DNA from: Eledone cirrhosa
Taxonomy: Eukaryota
Reading direction: 5' to 3'
NCBI GenBank assembly: GCA_964016885.1
Contig: OZ024743.1
Span: 326,368,001-326,432,000, forward strand
DNA length: 64,000 bases
Below the pieces are notes generated by a model that saw only the letters and a list, made by a program, of their open reading frames with translations, did no database searches and was not told where the DNA came from. The position numbers and the translations under genes are program-made. Shown here one piece after another: positions 53,609-64,000 of the stretch. Position 1 is the first letter of the stretch. Each line of letters opens with the position of its first letter.

Positions 53609-53657
53609 GTTTAAGCAAAGAATCGCTGCTTTCACCCTTAACGGGATCTTCTGAAAC
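53609..53657 (-). ncRNA. Degenerate hammerhead (U4>A); partial copies at 53425-53480(+) and 6925-6972(+)
   Basis: GTTT-CAGAAGA-tCCCgttaaGGGt-GAAA-GCAGCGATTCTTTGC-TT-AAAC. Confidence 0.5.
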
Positions 53658-54483
53658 TAACAAAGTCAATCTGTAAACGCAGAACTGAATATTTTAAAAA
53701 ACGTTGCAACCGGAGGAAGACAGGAAGACGATACTTTGGTTCGTGGTAACGTTCGCTGGCAAAGAACGGGAAAAAACGAATAATACGTAATTAATAGGAG
53801 CGGTGAAAAACAATTACGCGCAAAGACAAAACCACGTTTATGGTATAAAAGAGGTCGTAGACTAATGTTCTCTTAGGTGGTGCATAGAGACGTTCTCTGG
53901 CAATGAACGAAAAAACGAAGATAATAAGTCATATGTGGAGCGTATGACTTATTATCTTCGTTTTTTCGTTCATTGCCATATATATATACATATGTGTGTG
54001 TATATATATAGGACTAAAAACAAAACCTGTCAAAGAGCAAAGGAGCTCTTAACAGTCAATGGCCATCCAAAATCACCAGGAGAGATGACCCCTTAGCCTT
54101 TGTCAAGGCAGAATTCTAGAAGGAAAACTCTGATATAACACCTGAAACCCTGATGGTATCCAATGATGTTGACTTGTTCTTCTTTTTGGTAAATATCATC
54201 TTGGTTAAGAGAGTGGGACTGGCTTTGTGCAGTGCCTTTGCTCACTATAAAAGCTTCACGGCACAGGCATTGCTTTATATCTGGAGATCTCTCTGCACTT
54301 GTCGTCACATGGTACCATGGGCCCAGCACTATGTGTCAATAATTGTCACAAGTGTAGTGTTTGTACCAGAGTTTTCAAGTCGCTGGCTGGACTAAAAAGT
54401 CACACTCGTTCAGCGCATCGGTAGGGGTTCTCCTACATGGATATAAAGTAGTGGCTGTACTCGAAAACGAGTTGGCAGCCACC

Positions 54484-54616
<133 letters not shown>

Positions 54617-54638
54617 ATAATATATATATATATATATA

Positions 54639-54682
<44 letters not shown>

Positions 54683-54694
54683 TATATATATATA

Positions 54695-54858
<164 letters not shown>

Positions 54859-54907
54859 GTATGTATGTATATATATATATATATATATGAGTGTGTGTAT
54901 ATATATG

Positions 54908-54977
<70 letters not shown>

Positions 54978-56119
54978 CGGCCGTAATTTAGCGTTCTGAC
55001 AAAAAATGAGATCTATAAAATATGTACAAAGCTCTAAAATATAAGTACAGGAGTAGATATTATTGACTAAATCAAGGTCGCGCTCCAACATTGTACTATA
55101 ATGACTGAAACTAACAAAAGACTAAAATAAAAACCTTTTAGAGCTGTTAAAGCAGCACCAATGAAATACTGTGATTAATAAATTAACTGTTTGCTCCCTG
55201 CAAAATTCGTTGCCTTAAGTAGGAAATCAGTATTTGTGTGGGTCTTCACAGAATTGTCCTCAGGGAGGACATCTATTTTCCTAGCATGCCAACGGAGATT
55301 TACTTCGATTTCATTCGTTAACTTTTAACCTATTTCAATAAATGCATTGATTTTTCAGTATAACATTTTGCCTTAGAAACTGTGAATATAGATGTATTGA
55401 GATACACGCAACCCTCTTCTGTAAATATCTGCATATGCTTAGTATCTACATACACTCACATCTATCAATATAATTATCATTATAAATAGCTATATAGCAT
55501 GGTTCTCCGTCAGTTTTGACGATTAGTGTTTCAGTTGTTCGATCAATGGAACAGCTTGCTCATGAATTTCACGTGTAAGCGATTGGGCATACCATAACGC
55601 AATTCTCAGGAGAATTACAGAGGTACAGTCTATCCGACAGACGTCAAATGAGCTTTCGTTTACCCAATTTCACTCACAAGGCGTGAGTTAAACCGAAACT
55701 ATGGTAAATGATATTTGCCGAAGATGCCTCCCAGTGGAGTAAATGTTTTTAGATTTCAAGATATAAAAAAGTTCACGGTTGCATAATCTGGAATCTTTTT
55801 TATATCTTGAAATCTAAAAACAATTTACTAAATGACAGAATCGAACGATCGTTATACTGCAATCATAAACTGGAGGCTAAATTTTCTCACTATAAAAGTA
55901 ACTTAACATAATTTGAACCCGAGACTTCTACACCACTTTCTCGTTAACTAATTTCACTCAATACTTACTTCCTAACTATATCCCCCCCCCCCCCACACAC
56001 ACACACACAGTACCTTGCTTATCGTAATAAATGGATACTTAAGTACGATCAGCAAACTACAACTATCAACTCGGTGTATATCGCCTTTCTTTCCCCTTCT
56101 CTTAACTTTTTTCTGTCCC

Positions 56120-56154
<35 letters not shown>

Positions 56155-56158
56155 CCTT

Positions 56159-56192
<34 letters not shown>

Positions 56193-56456
56193 TCCCTTTC
56201 TCTCCCCCCTCTCTCTCTCTCGCGCTCTCTCTCTCTCCCTCTCTTTCTCTGTCTATCTCCCTCCTTCTCCACATCTATCAACCTGCTTTCTGTGGCAATA
56301 AATAATTCCAAACTTGACAATATCAACACAATGCCTAAGTTGTCACTTTGAGAGTAAGCAGTATAATAAAACCACTTGTTGGACCCCTATCACAACATTT
56401 AGATTAAGCTATCTGTATTCTTCAAACCACTCTCTCCCATTTCTCCTACCCCTACA

Positions 56457-56508
<52 letters not shown>

Positions 56509-56773
56509 ACTCTCTCTCCCTCCCTTTCTTTCTCTCTTCCTTTTCTACTCTATCTTCCCCAATTACTCCCTTTAAGAAATACAAAGAAACCATAATCCAG
56601 CCATTCGTTCTGAGAATTGGTGGTACGAACAGCATTTGAAAATTGAGTATCTGCAAATTAATAACTACCAATTTGCATATAACATGACTAGGCTGTGTAA
56701 CTACTAAAGAAATATTTGTAAACACTCGGAATAAATTACCTTTTTATGATGTCTACCTGTTTTATTAATCATT

Positions 56774-56838
<65 letters not shown>

Positions 56839-56997
56839 GAAACACACAGATACATGCGGACGCACACATATATACATGAACGCATCCGCACCCAACTGTG
56901 AGTTAAGGGTGCCAACTTCACCGATGTTGCTCAATGAATGACTGGGACAGACCAATTCAGTTTGAACTAGACTGAACCAGTATCAGAGTTAAAAATA

Positions 56998-57902
<905 letters not shown>

Positions 57903-58249
57903 GAGATTATGATGTTTTTCAACGCGCTGACGTGTATGTGTGTACGTATACGTATATGTGTGCGTATGTGTATATGTGTGCCTATGCGCATATACGTATA
58001 TTACAAGCAGGTAAAACATCTAGGACCACATACAACACAGAATCAGGTAATACATCTAAGACTACATACAACACACAAGCAGGTAATGCGCACATCTAGG
58101 ACCACATACAACAGACAAGCAAGTAATACATACAGCTAGGACCACATGCAACAAAAGGCAGGCGAAAGGGATGGACAAACTAGTTACTGCCAGAGCAAAA
58201 GATAACAAAACCGCGGGAAGCACTGGGAAACCTCTCTGATAATTTTTTT

Positions 58250-58450
58250 GGCAAGCCAGCACACTCGCAAGGTTACCTCGGGGGAAAGTGAGGCTGAGGT
58301 ACTGGAACAACCAAGTACCCATACAAGCTTCACCAGTTACCTCTGTTAGGGGAGCTGCCAGTGAGGATAAGAATCTCATAGTCAGTAGCCTGACTCCCCC
58401 AAATGTCTCGAATGCCACAAACTGGAAAATGTAGTTAGCCAACACTAATA
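58250..58450 (-). mobile_element. CRE-like non-LTR retrotransposon C-terminal fragment
   Basis: F..VAFETFG......FL..LA..L...TGE.....WLFQ.LSL...RGN.ASVL resembles the end of RLE-encoding CRE-type ORFs. Confidence 0.6.
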
Positions 58451-58454
58451 GGAA

Positions 58455-59364
58455 ATGTATCATATGTAAGGTAAACCCCCGGATAAACTGTAAAACTAGA
58501 AACGTAGTCTATAGCATAAGATGTACAGGGGGTACTTGCAGAAACATGACAACAACATACATAGGCGAGACAGCTCGTAGCATAGGTGAAAGGATAGACC
58601 AACACTGGGGGGAACTAAAAGGACGAAAAAATGGTTCAGTACTATATGAACATGCCAGACAACAACACGACGGTAACATAGACAACATAGAAATTAGAAT
58701 AATATCTAAACATAGAAATGACCCAGCAGATAGGCAAATCAGAGAGGCCAGTGAAATAGAACTTAGAAGGCCAAGACTAAACAGAAAGAATGAATGGAAT
58801 AACAACAACACCCAAACAAACAACACTCACCTAAGAGAAGTATAAATAAATAAATAAATAGATAAATAAATAAATAAATACATACACAAGCACAATAACA
58901 ACAAACACATATAAATACACACTAGTAAATATAGAATATATTAACCGATACACAGTCACCCAATCACGAACACGCATCAAACAAAACACTATACACACAC
59001 GCAAACGCATGCGCAAAGAAGACAAAATAAAATAAACAAACAAACAAATAAATAAATAAATATATAGACAGAATAAATAAAAATGGCGTAGACATACGAT
59101 GTAACGGGAGGAAACAATAGCACCACTGACGATGTTGCAGATGTGCAACGAAAGAACTTTGATAAACTATATATATGTGTTTGTGTCTATATTGTATCTG
59201 TATTATTTTTGACCGTTGGTCAGTCAATGGCAACATTGAGGACCGAATAAATTAGATTACCGATATAACAGACACAGAAGCGAAAAGCGAAAACCAACCA
59301 AACAGTGAGTGTGTTCTGTTATTAATTCTGGCAATATTACACAAATATGACCCTCCCCAAGTAT

Positions 59365-59370
<6 letters not shown>
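58455..59370 (+). mobile_element. Penelope family B 3' fragment (GIY-YIG, UTR, hammerhead-like core at 59117-59170)
   Basis: TYIGETARSIGERIDQH...; near-identical to the reverse complement of 50255-51105. Confidence 0.92.
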
Positions 59371-59413
<43 letters not shown>

Positions 59414-60348
59414 ATATTGAGAAACCCACAGATACATGCGGACACACACATATACATGAATATATCCACATCCATCCTTGAGTTAATGGTGCCAACCTTA
59501 ACCGATGTTGCTCTATGAATAACTGGGACAAACCAATCCGAATGGATTAGACTGAACCAGTATCAGAGCTAAAAGTACATTATGAAGAGAGAAGAAACAT
59601 TTAGATATAATTAGTAATAAGATGTATCATACCTAAACTGCTTCTAGATTCCTCGACTACGTAGTTTCGTGATAGATTGATATATATATATATATCTAGT
59701 TGATATGAAATGGTCGGATCTATTCATTGGAATCTTTGAGCTTATTCTACAGTGGATATGTCTCTCAGACATGACAACCCTTAATTTAATTTTGGATATA
59801 TATACGGCCCCCTAATTGTAGAGCTAACTCAGTTGAATGGACTCGGCTGCTATTTCTAGCTATCGATAATCCTATTCACGCCACTGGGATGACGCTGTGC
59901 GATGTCTGTATTTTTTATAAAATACAACACGTGGTTCGAGTCATTCACAGATTTGCATTTGCTGTGTAAACGCAGATGGTTATTTTCTTCTCATTTGGTG
60001 ACCATCCAGGATTTGACTACTGTGATTTACTGATTAATTGGTGAAATATATTTTTTACTTAAAGAAATATATACAAAGGAGATTAATCATTTTAAAAGGT
60101 ATCTATATTTGAAGTTCTAGTTAAACTTTAATTGGTTACCTACCTAGCTATGTGTGCTTACATTCTTTACAAATTATTCCCTGTGATTGTTCCATATGTT
60201 TATTTTATATATATATATATATGTCATTCTATTTCTAGTTGATATGAAATGCTCGGATCTATTCATTGGAATCTTTGAGCTTATTCTACAGTGGATATGG
60301 CGCATGTCTCTCAGACATGACAAAGCTTAATTTAATTTTGGATATATA

Positions 60349-60453
<105 letters not shown>

Positions 60454-60594
60454 GTGGAACACTGGAAGGTAATATCCGTAGTGGTAGAGCACTCAGTCCA
60501 AGGGACGAGTTAGGTAGAAGTGGTTACACAACAGTTAGTTCACCATGCCGAAAACAATTGTTCTCGGTATGGTGAACTAACTGTTGTGTAACCG

Positions 60595-60648
<54 letters not shown>

Positions 60649-60663
60649 CATATATATATATAT

Positions 60664-62290
60664 TAGAACAGACTCAGCTGCTGGACTTGATGGATTCCCA
60701 GCAGTCCTCTTAAAAACATGTAAGCAGGCCTTAGCAACTCCACTGACGACGCTCTTCAGAAGCTCCTTGGCTAGCGGTAGACTACCCAGGGAGCTGAAAG
60801 AAGGCACAATATGCCCTATCCATAAAGGAGGTAGCAGAGCGGAGGCCAAAAGCTATAGGCTAGTCTCCTTGACGTCACATATCAGTAAGTTCATGGAGCG
60901 AATCATCAGAAAGAAACTGATCACTTTCCTCGAGGAAAATGACCACCTGACTAGCACGCAGCATGGCTTTCGCCCAGGAAGAAGCTGCCTTACACAGCTG
61001 CTACATCACTACGACTGGGTACTGAAACAACTGCTAGACAGGTCACATGTGGACGTGATATATCTGACTTTGCGAAGACCTTTGACAAGGTCGACCACGG
61101 AATGATATGTCACAAACTACACAGACTCGGCATAACTGGAAAAGTAGGTGAGTGGCTGCATGACTTCTTAAAGGACAGAAGCCAGACAATTGAAGCAAAA
61201 GGAAACACCAATAACAATTGGAGTGCCCCAAGGCACAGTCCTGGGACCACTACTGTTTTGGTGGCTCTTGCAGACATGCCCTCTGTAATACATACAACAT
61301 CCCTCACTAGCTCTGCTGATGACACTAAGGTAGCACATGTAATAAAAAACCCGGCTGACGCTGCCCTTTTACAACAAGATCTGGATGCCATATACAAGTG
61401 GGCGGAAGATAACAACATGCAGTTTAATGCCGGCAAATTTCAAGCCCTACAATACAAACCAGCAAACACAAATACAGTACAACACAGTTACACTGGACCA
61501 AGAGGGACCGAAATTCCCGTGTCGAAATCGGTACGAGACCTGGGTATAGACATGAGTGATGATGCATCTTTTTCCTCACACATCATGAAAGTGGCGATAA
61601 TGTGCAGACAACTCGCTGGCTGGATCTTGAGGACTTTCCAGGCAAGAGACCGAGAGACCATGTTGACACTATGGAGGACATTTGTCCTAAACCACCTGGA
61701 CTGTTGCTCCCAGCTGTGCTCACCCCATAGTGTCAAACTAACCACGCAGCTTGAGGCAATCCAGTGAAGCTACACCAAGAGAATTGCCACGATGAAGGAG
61801 TTAAGCTACTGGGAGAGGCTAAAAGAACTGAACCTCTACTCCTTGGAACACAGACGGGAGAGACACGCAGTGATCTACATGTGGAAAATCGTGGAGGGAC
61901 TAACACCAAACTTTGACATTGGGAGCTGGACAAACCCCCGAACAGGACATCACTGTGTGGTGCCAAAGGTCCCGTCTTCCACATCTAGAATAAGGAGCAG
62001 ATATTGCAATAGCCTGGGGTTCAAGGGCCCTCAACTCTTCAACAAACTGCCGAGGGAGCTGAGAGATCTGCATGGTGTAGACGTGGATGTTTTCAAGAAA
62101 CATCTCGAGACCTTGCTATCCAGGATCCCGGATGAGCCCACAGCAAGGCACGATGGAAACCTAAGGGCAACAGCAACGAACTCCCTCTTGCACCAGTGGC
62201 CAACCAATACAGGCTGGAGATGAAATGTGTAGCAGCAAGAGCGGTGCCCCAGCATGGCCTCAGCCGGATGGCTGGAACAGGTAAAAGAGA
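60664..62290 (+). mobile_element. 5'-truncated CR1-group LINE ORF2 (RT), frameshifted
   Basis: SAAGLDG.P...LK, PIHKGG, YR.VSLTS.ISK.MERI, QHGFRPGRSCLTQLL, FDKVDH, GVPQGTVLGP, ADDTK, LSYWERLKELNLYSLE.RR.R. Confidence 0.92.
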
Positions 62291-62313
62291 AAAAGAGTAT
62301 ATATATATATATG

Positions 62314-62389
<76 letters not shown>

Positions 62390-62459
62390 CATAATTGCAA
62401 ACGAATCGAATATTCTTGTTAATATTCGAAAAACTCAGATTACATTTATAAATAAATAA

Positions 62460-62572
<113 letters not shown>

Positions 62573-62753
62573 AATATACCAAAATATACGGTAGTGTCCA
62601 ATCCGTATGAAGAACTCAATGTAATCCAAATATCATGAAAAGAGAAGATGTATTCAAAATTTTTTCGATGAAAAACACAGGAAAACAGAGTCAAGATAAT
62701 TTAATAAAAATAATGAATAAAAACAAAGAAACAGTTCCTTATATTAAAAAAAT

Positions 62754-62891
62754 TCATCATTTTACGATCGTTTCTAGGATATATATGTGTGTATTGGTAT
62801 GTATATCATATAGATCTATGTAAAAATTTTACAAACTATCGGAGGGAATATACATACCTACACATATATATGCTGTCTTCAGAAATAATGA
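62754..62891 (-). ncRNA. Type I hammerhead ribozyme in the 3' UTR of Penelope family C
   Basis: TCATTATTT-CTGAAGA-[long stem II ATATATATGTGT/ACACATATATAT]-GAAA-CGATCG-TA-AAATGATGA. Confidence 0.78.
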
Positions 62892-63610
62892 TATTTGTTT
62901 ATTGAAAAAAACCAACAAAGATTTAATATAATAGGTCTGTTTGGGAACAGGTTTTGAATTGACCAATAGAAAAGTAGTAAGTGGTCAAGTTGATAGAATA
63001 GTAGTAGTAGAAATTTAATTTAGGGGTAGAGGAATGCAGACTTCGGTTTTGAATGGAAAGAATATTTTGAATGAAAGATTACTTTGGGGATGAAAATAGG
63101 TCAAGCCGGTGAAAGGTACACGAACATTTGATGCTATTAAAGAATAATGCTAATGTTAAAATCTAAGGAGAATAAAATTTTACGATAAATGTGTTAGTGA
63201 AAAATATCAATCTTATTTAAAACAAGGAATTTAGATCTATAAAAAGAAATTAAATTAATTTAATTGATAGGTATATTTATAGGGATAAATTTATATTAAT
63301 TCATATAGATATGATAAATAAGAGTTAGATGTTATTAAAGAATGTTGTTAAAAACGAAGAAATTTTTTTTGGGGGGGGGGGGGGGGTAAATGTATTAGTG
63401 AGAAATAACAAACTTATATAGATTACAATGAATTTAGATTCATAACAGGAAATTAAAATAGTTTATATGTATACTTATTGGTATAAATTTTAGGAAAAGA
63501 TAGCTGTAAAAGGGAAATAAAATTATGCAGTTCTTAGTAGTAGAATATTAATTATAGGTTAACTAATTTTAAAAAATTAATTATAATAATTTGTAAAATA
63601 TAAGTGTATA

Positions 63611-64000
63611 TTAATTAGATTTATAATATTTGAAAGTTTTTCTAATTCTATGATTGCACGATATAATTAATTCTTGTCGCTTATTTAATAGGATATCCTT
63701 AGATTTCATTATTTCAAAAAGTTCCTGGGAACATAATCTACATTCATATCTATTATTTTGATAAGGGGTGGCCCTTTTGAGCACACTCCAGGTCAGGTTA
63801 TAATCGATATTCTTTTTTCTATAATTATTAATTATTACAGCTAAGGATGTTGTATTAGCTAATGCAGCATTTTTAAAACTGTGTTTGAGGGTATTAAATC
63901 TTACTTTAAATTGGTTAGAAGTAGCTCCTATATATGAATAAGTTGAGTCTTAGTGCTAATTTTACATTTATATACTATGTTATTAATAAGGCAATTTCCG
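63611..64000 (-). mobile_element. Penelope-like family C GIY-YIG endonuclease domain (one frameshift; not in the ORF track; continues past the window end)
   Basis: Manual translation: GNCLINNIVYKCKI / YSYIGATSNQFKVRFNTLKHSFKN...TSLA...WSVLKRATPY...CRLCSQE...LLNKRQE...CNH. Confidence 0.88.

Noticed and set aside
63100-64000. AT-rich end as a mitochondrial insertion (NUMT)
   Set aside because: The minus strand translates to a Penelope GIY-YIG domain and its UTR.

Overview
Animal genomic DNA, very likely a cephalopod (Octopus-like), inferred from the SINE families and the microsatellite load. The only host gene I can support is a minus-strand, intron-rich GH18 chitinase(-like) gene. Four internal exons (12317-12193, 10919-10793, 7461-7255, 725-600) splice in frame, and there is a candidate signal-peptide first exon at 42399-42300. 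I could not find the catalytic DxxDxDxE exon(s); they may lie in a 200-N gap between two large satellites (33/42-bp unit at 15.5-23.6 kb, 30-bp unit at 23.8-30.5 kb). The rest is repeats: tRNA-derived SINEs, RTE, CR1, Tx1, R4/Dong and CRE-like non-LTR fragments, and three Penelope-like families (RT + GIY-YIG). The most striking signal the ORF track misses is about 20 type I hammerhead ribozyme motifs in more than 10 different sequence contexts. They occur in Penelope 3' ends and in small non-coding modules bounded by (TA)n that carry direct or fold-back repeats (retrozyme-like). Two unrelated families carry the compensatory U3-A8 core. Most long ORFs in the supplied track are microsatellite or satellite artefacts. 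All folds and alignments were done by eye.
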